A stretch of 64,000 nucleotides of DNA from positions 394 to 64,393 of the forward strand of contig CAZSDJ010000002.1 in NCBI GenBank assembly GCA_964605645.1, written 5' to 3'. The position numbers and the translations under genes were made by a program. This DNA comes from an uncultured Planctomycetia bacterium. Its GTDB lineage: Bacteria; Omnitrophota; Gorgyraeia; Duberdicusellales; 4484-171. The notes beneath the pieces are model-generated. The model was given only the letters and a program-made list of their open reading frames with translations. It was not told where the DNA came from and made no database searches. Position 1 is the stretch's first letter. Every line of letters starts with the position of its first letter. Positions 9,957 through 19,063 of this stretch are shown piece by piece.

Positions 9957-10623
9957 TTTAATTACGGTAAATAATTTAACTAAATTATACAAAACGCATC
10001 AATATCAAGTCAAAGCCATTGAGGGAGTATCTTTTTCAGCGAATAAAGGAGACTTTATATCTATTGTCGGCCCTTCCGGATCAGGTAAATCCACTCTTTT
10101 GCACAGTATCGGGGGGATTTTAGCTCCCGACAAAGGTGAAATCTTATATAAAGGGACAAATATTTACAAACAACGGGAAAGCAAAATTGCGAATTGGCGC
10201 AATAGCAACGTTGGTTTTGTTTTTCAATTTTATTATTTAATCGAAGAGCTTAACGTCTTAGAGAATATAGCTTTAGCTGGGTTTAAAGTTAAAAAAAAAT
10301 ATTCTTTTCAAAGGGCTCATAAATTGTTAGAATATTTTAGGTTGAGAAAAAGAAGTGGTTTTTATCCTTCTCAATTAAGCGGAGGGCAAAAACAAAAAGT
10401 TGCTATTGCCAGAGCTTTAATGAATAAACCGGATCTTCTTCTTTGTGATGAACCAACAGGGAATTTAGATCAAGGATCGCAGGAAAAAATTAAAGTTTTG
10501 CTTGATAAGATAAATAAAGAAGATAAAACTACTATAATTTTGGTGACCCATAACATAGAGTTAGCTCAAATGGCAAAAAGGGTAATGTTTATTGAGAACG
10601 GAAAGTTAAAAAACGGAGAATAA
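9949..10623 (+). CDS. lolD: lipoprotein-releasing system ATP-binding protein
   Basis: Walker A GPSGSGKST, signature LSGGQKQKVAIARAL, Walker B LLLCDEPTGNLD. MacB/LolD-type short ATPase. Confidence 0.8.
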   Translation: MSNLITVNNLTKLYKTHQYQVKAIEGVSFSANKGDFISIVGPSGSGKSTLLHSIGGILAPDKGEILYKGTNIYKQRESKIANWRNSNVGFVFQFYYLIEELNVLENIALAGFKVKKKYSFQRAHKLLEYFRLRKRSGFYPSQLSGGQKQKVAIARALMNKPDLLLCDEPTGNLDQGSQEKIKVLLDKINKEDKTTIILVTHNIELAQMAKRVMFIENGKLKNGE

Positions 10624-10630
10624 GTAGGAA

Positions 10631-10790
10631 AGATACAAGATACAAGAAACAAGATGCAAATAAATTCCAAATCCCAATATCCAATAATCAAACATAGACC
10701 AGAGGGGTAGTTTGAAAATTGGTTATTGTATCTTGGTTATTGTTTGTATCTTGTAACTTGTATCTTGGTTATTTCGATTGTGCCTTGATT
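10631..10790. repeat. inverted arrays of heptamer repeats (CAAGATA)n ... (TATCTTG)n in lolD-ilvE intergenic region
   Basis: agatacaagatacaagaaacaagatgc at 10631-10657. Complementary ttgtatcttggttattgtttgtatcttgtaacttgtatcttgg at 10726-10768. Can pair into a long imperfect hairpin. Confidence 0.6.
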
Positions 10791-10831
10791 GTTGGTTGTT
10801 TTGATTACGAAAATGTTACAGGAGGAGTAAG

Positions 10832-11707
10832 ATGAAAGTATATCTTAATGGGAAGTTGGTAGATAAAAAGGATGCTAAAATTTCTGTATTTGATCATGGT
10901 TATTTGTATGGAGATGGTGTTTTTGAGGGGATAAGATCTTATAATCAGTTAGTTTTTAAGTTAGACGAGCATATAGGCCGTCTTTATGAATCAGCGCATT
11001 CGATAATGCTGCAGTTTCCTTTTACCAAGAAACAAATGGAAAAAGCAATAATTACAACTATTAAGGCAAATAAATTGAAAGATGCCTACATCAGGGTTAT
11101 TTTGTCACGAGGCGAGGGTGATCTTGGCCTTGATCCCAGAAAGTGTAAGGGTAATCATACTTTAGTTATTATAGCTGATAGAATCTCACTTTTTCCGAAT
11201 GAACTTTATAAACAAGGGATGGAAATAGTAACCGTTCCTACAGTGAGAAATTTACTGGAGGCGGTAAACCCGCAAATAAAATCTTTAAATTATTTGAATA
11301 ATGTTTTAGCAAAGATAGAAGCAATAAATTCCGGGCATCAGGAAGGGCTGATGTTAGACCATCTTGGTTATGTGGCGGAATGCACCGGAGAAAATATTTT
11401 TGTGATAAAAAGAGGGGAACTTTACACTCCACCTCAATGCATGGGTACTTTACGCGGGATTACCAGAGACACCGTGTTAGGCCTTGCCAAAAAATTAAAA
11501 ATTCCTGCCCATGAACATGTGTTAAGCAGGCATGAATTTTACATTAGTGACGAATCTTTTTTAACCGGAACTGCTGCAGAAATTGTGCCGGTAGTGAAAG
11601 TCGATGGCAGAAAAATCGGGGATGGGAAACCGGGTAAAGTTACGAAAAAAATAATGAAAGAGTTTCATAAATTAACTAAGAAGGATGGAGTCAAATATAG
11701 TTTATAA
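10832..11707 (+). CDS. ilvE: branched-chain-amino-acid aminotransferase (class IV PLP enzyme)
   Basis: 291 aa. N-terminus VFDHGYLYGDGVFEGIR is typical of IlvE/DAAT fold type IV. RBS GGAGGAG 6 nt upstream. Confidence 0.8.
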   Translation: MKVYLNGKLVDKKDAKISVFDHGYLYGDGVFEGIRSYNQLVFKLDEHIGRLYESAHSIMLQFPFTKKQMEKAIITTIKANKLKDAYIRVILSRGEGDLGLDPRKCKGNHTLVIIADRISLFPNELYKQGMEIVTVPTVRNLLEAVNPQIKSLNYLNNVLAKIEAINSGHQEGLMLDHLGYVAECTGENIFVIKRGELYTPPQCMGTLRGITRDTVLGLAKKLKIPAHEHVLSRHEFYISDESFLTGTAAEIVPVVKVDGRKIGDGKPGKVTKKIMKEFHKLTKKDGVKYSL

Positions 11708-11760
11708 TTAAAAAAATTAGATAATGTTAAAAATTTAATGAAAAATGAAATAATATTGTC

Positions 11761-11788
11761 ATTGCGAGGAGCACAGCGACGAAGCAAT
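11761..11788. repeat. ATTGCGAGGAGC-N-CGACGAAGCAAT element (copy 1)
   Basis: 28-nt element with 5-bp terminal inverted repeat ATTGC/GCAAT. A near-identical copy is at 53899-53927. Confidence 0.6.
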
Positions 11789-11811
11789 CTTTATGACTGG
11801 CGAGGAATAAA

Positions 11812-11990
11812 GTATTCGCTAAATAATTTCATTAAGTATAAAGGCATCTCGCCGAGGAAGTTGGCTCGATGTCATTAAAAATAAAGGTATTCGTTGAAGA
11901 ATAATATTAGGTATAAGGCATCTCGCCGAGGAAGTCGGCTCGATGTCATTAAAAATAAAGGTATTCGCTAAATATATTCATTTTTAATGA
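11812..11990. repeat. about 75-bp tandem direct repeat (2.3 copies) in clpC upstream region
   Basis: Unit gtattcgctaaataatttcattaagtataaaggcatctcgccgaggaagttggctcgatgtcattaaaaataaag. Copies at 11812-11886, 11887-11961, partial 11962-11990. Confidence 0.7.
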
Positions 11991-11997
11991 GGAGGGG
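11958..11997 (+). promoter_or_regulatory. conserved leader block with palindrome TCATTTTTAATGA abutting RBS GGAGG of clpC
   Basis: aaggtattcgctaaatatattcatttttaatgaggaggg is about 95% identical to 19022-19060 upstream of yacL. Perfect 5-3-5 palindrome at 11978-11990. Confidence 0.6.
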
Positions 11998-12000
11998 AAG

Positions 12001-14442
12001 ATGTTTAATCGATTTACGGAACGGGCCAGAAAGGTATTAGTGTTAGCAAAAGAAGAATCAAGGAGATTTAATCATGATTATATCGGCACAGAACATATTC
12101 TTCTCGGTTTAATCCGAGAAGGAGAAGGCGTTGCTTGTGCTGTTTTACAAAATATTGGTATGGATTTAGGGCGCCTGCGGGCCGAAATAGAAAAGCTGAT
12201 GTCGCCGGGCAGCACAGCATCAGTTTTAGGAGATATCCCTTTTACGCCGCGGGCAAAAAAAGCATTAGAACTTGCTACCGAAGAGGCGCGGGGATTAGGG
12301 CATAATTACATCGGCACAGAACATATTTTGTTGGGGTTATTGCGGGAAGAAGAGGGGATTGCTTCTCAGGTTCTTTTTTCGTTAGGGGTAGATATCAAAA
12401 AAGCAAAAAATGAAATAGCTGCACTTTTAGGGGGAGTGTCAGAATCGAGCCGCGCTCAATCAAAAAGAACTGCATCGAGGACCCCGGCTCTAGATTCTTT
12501 TGGCAAGGACCTTACTAAATTACAAAAAGAAGGCGAATTGGATCCGGTTATCGGCAGGAAAGCGGAAATTGAAAGAGTAATCCAGATTTTGTCGCGGCGA
12601 ACCAAGAATAATCCGGTGCTGTTGGGAGAAGCCGGAGTGGGCAAAACTGCGATTGTAGAGGGGTTGGCACAAAGTGTTGTGAGAGGCGATGTGCCGGAGA
12701 TTTTACGCAATAAGAGGATAATAGTACTTGATTTAGCATTGATGATTGCCGGGACTAAATACAGAGGCCAGTTTGAAGAGCGAATTAAAGCGGTGATGGA
12801 AGAAATTAAACGTTCTAAAGATGTAATAATTTTTGTTGATGAACTTCATACTTTAGTTGGCGCAGGAGCTGCGGAAGGCGCAATTGATGCATCAAATATT
12901 TTAAAACCGGCATTATCAAGAGGAGAAATCCAATGTATCGGAGCAACAACCTTAGATGAGTATCGCAAGCACATTGAAAAAGATGCAGCTCTGGAGAGAA
13001 GGTTTCAGATGATTTTTGTGGAACCAAATACCGTATCAGAAACAATTCAAATTTTAGAAGGCTTAAGAGACAAGTATGAAGCTCATCATCGCGTGAAATT
13101 TACTGATGAATCTCTTGCAGCTGCGGCTAAATTTTCAGATCGTTATGTTTCAGGCCGGTTCTTACCGGATAAAGCTATTGATTTAATTGATGAAGCAGGA
13201 GCAAGGTCTCGGCTTGCAATATTAACTGCTCCGGATGGAGTAAAAAAAATAGAAGATAAAATCTCGGAAATAGTTAGAGAAAAAGAAGCTTTTATCAGGC
13301 AGCAAGATTTTGAACAGGCAGCAAAATTGAGGGATGAAGAAAAAAAACTGCGTTTTGAACTCGAAGATTTAAGGCGTGAATGGGGGAAAAAGAGAGATAA
13401 AATTTCACCGGAGGTAAAGGAAGAGGATATTGCTAAATTGGTTTCACAAATAACAGGAGTACCTACTTATCGGTTAGAGCAAAAAGAATCAGAAAAATTA
13501 ATGAAGATGGAAGATTATTTATCGAAAAAAGTTATTGGCCAAGCAGAACCAATTCATGCGATTTCGCGGGCGGTACGCAGGGCCAGAGCCGGGGTTAAGG
13601 AACCGCGCCGGCCGATTGGTTCTTTTATGTTTTTAGGCCCTACTGGGGTAGGGAAAACTTTATTGGCAAGAGCCTTAACGGAATTTATGTTTGGTAATGA
13701 AGAATCATTAATTCAGTTGGATATGAGTGAATATATGGAAAAATTTAATGTATCAAGGCTGGTAGGGGCTCCGCCGGGTTATGTTGGCTATGAAGAAGGC
13801 GGGCAATTAACCGAAAGGGTAAGGCGGAGGCCGTATTCTGTAATTTTGTTGGATGAGATAGAAAAGGCACATCCTGATGTATACAATCTGTTACTCCAGA
13901 TTTTAGAAGAAGGCCGTCTCACTGACAGTTATGGGCGATCGGTAGATTTTAGAAATGTAATCTTGATTATGACTTCTAACGTAGGAGCAGATATTATTCG
14001 TCAAAAAGGGTCGTTAGGGTTTAAATCCAAGCAGGAAGGTGTTGGTTATCAGGAAATGAAAACAGCCTTATTAGATGAGGTTAAAAAGAAATTTAAGCCG
14101 GAATTTCTAAACAGGTTAGATGAAATTACGGTTTTTAAATCTTTAGATAAAAAATCATTAGAAAAAATAGTTGAAATAGAAATAGGGTATGTAAACCGGC
14201 GGCTTCAAGATCAAGGTTTTGTGGTAAAACTTAGCCCGGGAGCTAAGGATTTTTTTATTGAAAAAGGCTTTGATCCAAGTTATGGGGCCCGGCCCTTAAA
14301 AAGAGTTATCCAGAGATTTTTAGAAGACCCTTTAGCCGAGGATATTATTAAAGGCAGATTTTCCGAAAGAATAAAGAAGGCAAAAGAAAAGCCAATTACA
14401 ATTAAAGCTTTAAAAAAAGGACAAATATTAAAATTTGAATGA
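12001..14442 (+). CDS. clpC: ATP-dependent Clp protease ATP-binding subunit ClpC
   Basis: Two N-terminal Clp R repeats, two AAA+ modules (GEAGVGKT and GPTGVGKT), UVR-like linker [26 protein letters not shown]. 813 aa. Confidence 0.92.
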   Translation: MFNRFTERARKVLVLAKEESRRFNHDYIGTEHILLGLIREGEGVACAVLQNIGMDLGRLRAEIEKLMSPGSTASVLGDIPFTPRAKKALELATEEARGLGHNYIGTEHILLGLLREEEGIASQVLFSLGVDIKKAKNEIAALLGGVSESSRAQSKRTASRTPALDSFGKDLTKLQKEGELDPVIGRKAEIERVIQILSRRTKNNPVLLGEAGVGKTAIVEGLAQSVVRGDVPEILRNKRIIVLDLALMIAGTKYRGQFEERIKAVMEEIKRSKDVIIFVDELHTLVGAGAAEGAIDASNILKPALSRGEIQCIGATTLDEYRKHIEKDAALERRFQMIFVEPNTVSETIQILEGLRDKYEAHHRVKFTDESLAAAAKFSDRYVSGRFLPDKAIDLIDEAGARSRLAILTAPDGVKKIEDKISEIVREKEAFIRQQDFEQAAKLRDEEKKLRFELEDLRREWGKKRDKISPEVKEEDIAKLVSQITGVPTYRLEQKESEKLMKMEDYLSKKVIGQAEPIHAISRAVRRARAGVKEPRRPIGSFMFLGPTGVGKTLLARALTEFMFGNEESLIQLDMSEYMEKFNVSRLVGAPPGYVGYEEGGQLTERVRRRPYSVILLDEIEKAHPDVYNLLLQILEEGRLTDSYGRSVDFRNVILIMTSNVGADIIRQKGSLGFKSKQEGVGYQEMKTALLDEVKKKFKPEFLNRLDEITVFKSLDKKSLEKIVEIEIGYVNRRLQDQGFVVKLSPGAKDFFIEKGFDPSYGARPLKRVIQRFLEDPLAEDIIKGRFSERIKKAKEKPITIKALKKGQILKFE

Positions 14443-15308
14443 AGAAAAATGCAGTAATTTTTTTGTTTTCGTTGATTTTGTTTTTTTTGGTTGAGAGTAA
14501 AGTATATCCGGGGTACGTTGAAATTGATGTAAACCGGAAAAATATTAAAATAAAGGATATTTCTTTCGGTGAAAATGGTATTTCCGGAAATTTTAATTAT
14601 CAAATTGATAAAGAAGATGGAAGAATAATCTTTTTGATAAAGAGAAAAAATTTAAAGTTAGGGGGTAAAGAACTAAAAAATGTTCAAGTAAATCTAGAGA
14701 AAAAAGGAAATATTTTATTCTTCAATGAAATTAAATCATCGCGATTTTCGGGGACAGGAACTGTTGATTTAAAAGAAGAAAAAATTTTGTTTAACTTTAG
14801 CGGTACCTGGCAGGAAAACTTGGAGTATTTTAAAGGTGATATCAATTTACAGGCAAAAATTTGGGGTGATTTTGATAGTTTTTTAATAAGCGGGAATTTT
14901 ATAGTAACTGATGGAGTCTATGAAGGAATTTCTTTTAAGAAACTTCGCTGTAGTTTTGTCGGAACTCCGCCTGTATTTAATGTTACAGACGCTAAAGTAA
15001 TTCTTCATGAAGGGAGTATTTTTGAGTTAAAAGGAAATTTAGATATTAGGGATTCGGAAAATTTTTTCCCGGGTGCAGAGTTTCTCTCAGAAAAATTATT
15101 TGTTGATGGGTGGCAAATTTTTGGCGAAGAAGAAGAAGTGGGGCTAAAAAAGCAAATAGATGATAAGTTTAATGTTGAAATAGATACTGAGCGTGAAGCT
15201 GAAAGCGGTACGGAGCTAAGATACAGTCTGGAAAACGATAATTTTTTAAAATTAAGAATGCAGGAAGAAGAAACTATTTTAGGCCTTGAGAAGAAAAAAG
15301 AATTTTAA
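14439..15308 (+). CDS. hypothetical secreted protein, co-operonic with mlaEFD
   Basis: Signal peptide [20 protein letters not shown]. Beta-rich, low-complexity acidic C-terminus. Start overlaps the clpC stop (ATGA); mlaE begins 6 nt after its stop. Confidence 0.5.
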   Translation: MKKNAVIFLFSLILFFLVESKVYPGYVEIDVNRKNIKIKDISFGENGISGNFNYQIDKEDGRIIFLIKRKNLKLGGKELKNVQVNLEKKGNILFFNEIKSSRFSGTGTVDLKEEKILFNFSGTWQENLEYFKGDINLQAKIWGDFDSFLISGNFIVTDGVYEGISFKKLRCSFVGTPPVFNVTDAKVILHEGSIFELKGNLDIRDSENFFPGAEFLSEKLFVDGWQIFGEEEEVGLKKQIDDKFNVEIDTEREAESGTELRYSLENDNFLKLRMQEEETILGLEKKKEF

Positions 15309-15313
15309 GAGAA

Positions 15314-16072
15314 ATGTTTTTATTCAAGCAAATCGAAGATTTTTTTTATTATATTGGCGGTATTGTTTGTTTTATAAAAGAAATATTTTATTGGTTGTTT
15401 ACAAAAAAAAGAGATTTAAAAATTGTAGGACGTGAAATAATTTTTGCCGGCATTGACAGTTTCTTTTTAGTGTCTTTGATTGCTTTTTTTATCGGGATGA
15501 TTATTGCCTTCCAAACTGCTTATCAATTACAGCAGTTTAAATCAGAAATTCACTTAGCTTCTTTGGTAGCTTTGTCCTTGGTGAGAGAGCTTGGCCCGGT
15601 GATTACAGCTTTAATTGTTGCAGCCAGAAGCGGTGCTTCAATAACAGCAGGCATTGGCTCAATGAAGATTAGTGAGCAAGTAGATGCATTGGAAGTTTTT
15701 GGTGTAGAGCCGATTGATTATTTGGTAGTACCAAAATTTATTGCACTGGTAATTTGTTTGCCGGTTTTGGTTATTTATGCTGATTTATTAGGAATATTTG
15801 GCGGTTATTTAGTTGGTTCATTGAAATTTTCGATGCCTTTTAATTTATATATGAGAATGACTTTAGAGTCTTTGAGCTTAATTGATGTTGTAAGCGGCCT
15901 GGTCAAGAGTGTATTTTTTGGCAGTATTATTGCTATTATTTGTTGTTTTGAAGGTTTTAAGCCTTTTTCTTCGATAGATGTATCAAAAGTCGTAACGCGC
16001 TCTATCGTTCGTTCTTTTATCTTAATTATTATTTTTGATTGCATACTAACGGCATTTTTTTATTTTATATGA
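15314..16072 (+). CDS. mlaE: phospholipid ABC transporter permease MlaE
   Basis: 252 aa, multi-TM, MlaE/YrbE-like. Followed by ATPase and MCE protein. Confidence 0.85.
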   Translation: MFLFKQIEDFFYYIGGIVCFIKEIFYWLFTKKRDLKIVGREIIFAGIDSFFLVSLIAFFIGMIIAFQTAYQLQQFKSEIHLASLVALSLVRELGPVITALIVAARSGASITAGIGSMKISEQVDALEVFGVEPIDYLVVPKFIALVICLPVLVIYADLLGIFGGYLVGSLKFSMPFNLYMRMTLESLSLIDVVSGLVKSVFFGSIIAIICCFEGFKPFSSIDVSKVVTRSIVRSFILIIIFDCILTAFFYFI

Positions 16073-16833
16073 AAAGTGAGATGATTAAATTATCGGATGT
16101 AAAAAGATCCTTTGGAGAAAAAAATGTTCTCAAAGGCATAAGTTTAGGGGTGAATAAAGGAGAAACATTTTTGTTGATTGGAAGAAGCGGAGCGGGAAAA
16201 ACCGTTTTACTTAAATCTATTTTAGGTTTGTTGCGGCCGGATTCAGGAACAATTATTGTTGACGGGCAGGAGATTACTCAATTAGTTAAACTAAAATTAG
16301 AAAAAATTAGGCTTAAGTTTGGATTAGTGTTTCAAAATAGCGCGCTTTTTGATTTTTTAACTGTTTGGGAAAATGTAAGTTTTTTCTTTAAACAACACAC
16401 CAAAATGTCCAAGCAAGAGATGCGAAAAAAAGTTACTAAAACTCTTGCTTTGGTGGGGCTAGAGGGGATAGAGGACATGTATCCTTATGAGTTAAGCGGG
16501 GGGATGCGGAAAAGAGTAGCTATTGCCCGGGCAATTATTTATAATCCGAAAATTGTGATTTATGATGAGCCGACAACGGGGATTGATCCGATTGCAGTAG
16601 ATAAAATTGTTTCGTTGATAAAAGATTTACACAGCCGGCTTGCTGTTACTTCGATAGTTGTAACTCATGATTTAGAAACGGGTTTAAAATTGGCAGATAG
16701 AGTAGCTTTTTTGTTAGGTGGTAAGATCATTTTTGAAGGCAAAAAAGAAGAGGTGGAAAATACAAACGATAAACGATTAATTCAATTTATTGAAGGTGCC
16801 TCCGGAGGGCCGATAAGGGAGATGGAAGTATAA
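16069..16833 (+). CDS. mlaF: phospholipid ABC transporter ATP-binding protein MlaF
   Basis: Walker A GRSGAGKT, signature LSGGMRKRVAIARA, Walker B IVIYDEPTTGIDP. Start chosen at the ATG overlapping the mlaE stop. Confidence 0.85.
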   Translation: MKSEMIKLSDVKRSFGEKNVLKGISLGVNKGETFLLIGRSGAGKTVLLKSILGLLRPDSGTIIVDGQEITQLVKLKLEKIRLKFGLVFQNSALFDFLTVWENVSFFFKQHTKMSKQEMRKKVTKTLALVGLEGIEDMYPYELSGGMRKRVAIARAIIYNPKIVIYDEPTTGIDPIAVDKIVSLIKDLHSRLAVTSIVVTHDLETGLKLADRVAFLLGGKIIFEGKKEEVENTNDKRLIQFIEGASGGPIREMEV

Positions 16834-16837
16834 AGGT

Positions 16838-16887
16838 AAGTCCAAAGTTTTTTGACATAGGACGTAGGACATAGGACGATGGACTAT
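16838..16887. repeat. heptamer repeat array (GGACNTA)x5 preceded by AAGTCCAAAGT, mlaF-mlaD spacer
   Basis: aagtccaaagttttttgacataggacgtaggacataggacgatggactat. Member of the dispersed AAGTCC/GGAC heptamer family. Confidence 0.7.
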
Positions 16888-16905
16888 AAAAAGGGAGGAA
16901 TATAG

Positions 16906-17610
16906 GTGAGTAAGAATTTGTGGGAAATTAGAAAAAGGTTTTCTTATATAAAAGTGGGTGTATTTTTTTTAGGAGGGGTATCTTTATTGTTTATAGCCTT
17001 GGTAGCAATTAAAGATATTAATTTATTCAAACAAGGTTATAAAATACAAGTTATTTTTGATTTTGCAGAAGGCATGAAAAGAGCTTCACCGGTGCGGTTT
17101 TGCGGGGTTGATATAGGTGAGGTGCAAGAAGTAGTAGTTGTAAATAGTACAAAAGGGCCTCATGTTCAGGCTAGAGTTAACCTGGAAAAGGGAGTAAAAA
17201 TACCAAAAGGTTCTTATTTTTTTATAAATAGTTTAAGTTTATTTGGTGAAAAATATTTGGAAATTACTCCGCCGGAAGAGTTTTCCGGGTATATAAAAGA
17301 GGGAGAAACGATTAAAGGAATATCACCGGTACCTCTTTTTAAGTTATTTGCTGATTTTAGTAAAACTATGGATGAACTAAGAAGCTTTGTGAAGGAAGGC
17401 GAAATTAAAGAATCTTTAGAAAATACGATGAAAAATTTAGAAGAGATTAGCTTGGAAGCTAAAAAGTTAATATTAGATGTAAGGGATAAAAAAGGTACAA
17501 TCGGAAAATTGTTTTATGATGATTCGCTCTATCAAGAAACAGAAGAGTTTATCTCAGATATAAAGAAAAACCCCTGGAAGCTATTATACAAACCGAAAGA
17601 GGGGAGATAG
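16906..17610 (+). CDS. mlaD: MCE-family phospholipid-binding protein MlaD (GTG start)
   Basis: N-terminal TM then MCE domain. RBS AAGGGAGGAA at 16891-16900 with GTG at 16906. Confidence 0.8.
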   Translation: MSKNLWEIRKRFSYIKVGVFFLGGVSLLFIALVAIKDINLFKQGYKIQVIFDFAEGMKRASPVRFCGVDIGEVQEVVVVNSTKGPHVQARVNLEKGVKIPKGSYFFINSLSLFGEKYLEITPPEEFSGYIKEGETIKGISPVPLFKLFADFSKTMDELRSFVKEGEIKESLENTMKNLEEISLEAKKLILDVRDKKGTIGKLFYDDSLYQETEEFISDIKKNPWKLLYKPKEGR

Positions 17611-17653
17611 TAGGAGTTTAAAAAGTTAAATGTCACACGTCTCAAACTAACAT

Positions 17654-19015
17654 ATGACTTGTGACTTTAATATTATGTATAGTTGTAAAGAATGCGGATA
17701 TCAATCAATAAAGTGGATGGGTAAGTGCCCTAATTGCGGGGGTTGGGAAACTTTTTTGCAAAAAATTAGTGAATCTTCTTCCCGAAAATTAAAATCTCGG
17801 CCCAAATCAGTTCCTCGTCTGCTTAAAGATATTGGTAAAATAAAAAACGAAAGAACAAAAACTGATCTTTCTGAATTTGACCGGATTTTGGGCGGAGGGT
17901 TAATAGCCGGCCAGGTAATATTGATTGGAGGTGAACCGGGGATTGGAAAATCTACGCTTTTGCTGGAGGTAGCTTCTAAATTATCAAAAGAAGGAAAAAC
18001 TATGTATGTAAGTGCTGAAGAATCGCCGCAGCAAATTGGAGTTAGAGCTGAGCGCCTGGCAAATGTTTATCCCGAAAAACTTTATATTAGTGATGAAGAA
18101 AGAGTGGAAAATATTTATAAAACTATTGAATCAGAAGGATTTCAATTTGTAGTTGTAGATTCTATTCAAGTTATGACTAGTGCTTTTGCCGACGGTGCCA
18201 AGGGGAGTGTTCTTTCGGTCAGAAGTTGTGCTGATTATCTAACTCAGGCAGCAAAAGCGTTAGGAGTTGTAATATTTATAGTGGGGCACGTTACAAAGTC
18301 GGGTACAATCGCCGGGCCTAAGCTGCTTGAACATATTGTAGATAGTGTACTTTATTTTGAGGGTGAAACTCTATCTAATTATCGAATTTTACGTTCAATT
18401 AAAAACCGATTTGGGCCAACGGGCGATATTGCTGTTTTTGATATGACATCCAGCGGTTTATCGGAAGTTAAAAAGATTAATGATATTTTTTTGCCGCATA
18501 AAAAAGAATCGTCTCCCGGGAGTTGTGTTATTTGCCCTTTACAAGGTTCGCGTCCAATTTTAGTTGAACTGCAATCACTTGTAAGCCGGGCAACTTTTGG
18601 AACAGTAAGAAGAAGAAGCTTAGGTTTTGATTTTAATCGATTTTCTTTATTGGTTGCGATAATTGAAAAAAGGTTGAAGGCTAAAATATCCGGTGAAGAT
18701 ATTTTTTTAAATGTTGCCGGCGGCCTGCGTATCAATGATCCGGCTGCAGATTTAGGGGCGGTAGTTGCGATTATCTCCAGTTTTTTAGAAAAAAAAGTTC
18801 CTGCCGGAGGGGTATTTATTGGTGAAGTGGGGTTAGGAGGAGAGTTAAGGAAAGTTCGGGATATAAATTCAAGGTTGCGAGAAATAGAGAGGGCAAATTT
18901 CACTTATTGTTATTTGCCTGAGGCTAACAAAAAAGAAGTGGATAAAAAATTTGTGAATAAGGTTTTTGGTTTTTCCAATTTAGGAGAAATTTATCAGGAA
19001 CTTTTTAAAAGTTGA
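17654..19015 (+). CDS. radA: DNA repair protein RadA (Sms)
   Basis: N-terminal C4 zinc finger CKECGY...CPNCGGW, RecA-like Walker A GEPGIGKST, KNRFG motif, C-terminal Lon-like domain. Alternative start at 17675 (MYSCKECG). Confidence 0.9.
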   Translation: MTCDFNIMYSCKECGYQSIKWMGKCPNCGGWETFLQKISESSSRKLKSRPKSVPRLLKDIGKIKNERTKTDLSEFDRILGGGLIAGQVILIGGEPGIGKSTLLLEVASKLSKEGKTMYVSAEESPQQIGVRAERLANVYPEKLYISDEERVENIYKTIESEGFQFVVVDSIQVMTSAFADGAKGSVLSVRSCADYLTQAAKALGVVIFIVGHVTKSGTIAGPKLLEHIVDSVLYFEGETLSNYRILRSIKNRFGPTGDIAVFDMTSSGLSEVKKINDIFLPHKKESSPGSCVICPLQGSRPILVELQSLVSRATFGTVRRRSLGFDFNRFSLLVAIIEKRLKAKISGEDIFLNVAGGLRINDPAADLGAVVAIISSFLEKKVPAGGVFIGEVGLGGELRKVRDINSRLREIERANFTYCYLPEANKKEVDKKFVNKVFGFSNLGEIYQELFKS

Positions 19016-19021
19016 TATTGT

Positions 19022-19060
19022 AAGGTATTCTCTAAATATATTCATTTTTAATGAGGAGGG
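19022..19060 (+). promoter_or_regulatory. conserved leader block with palindrome TCATTTTTAATGA abutting RBS GGAGG of yacL
   Basis: Near-identical to 11958-11997 (clpC leader). Palindrome at 19042-19054. Candidate -35 TTGATA at 19017-19022. Confidence 0.6.
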
Positions 19061-19063
19061 TGT

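Noticed and set aside
11812-11990. Possible CRISPR array (direct repeats upstream of clpC)
   Set aside because: There are only 2.3 copies of a 75-bp unit, with no unique spacers of regular length, no cas genes, and the repeats are contiguous. It is a tandem duplication, not a CRISPR.
12456-13045. Three minus-strand ORFs (84, 63 and 76 aa) inside clpC
   Set aside because: They are entirely antisense to a well-supported 813-aa ClpC gene. They have no RBS or conserved motifs and arise from read-through of the opposite strand.
18379-18903. 174-aa minus-strand ORF antisense to radA
   Set aside because: It lies within a strongly supported radA gene. Its composition is proline/serine-rich, typical of antisense translation, and it has no independent signals.
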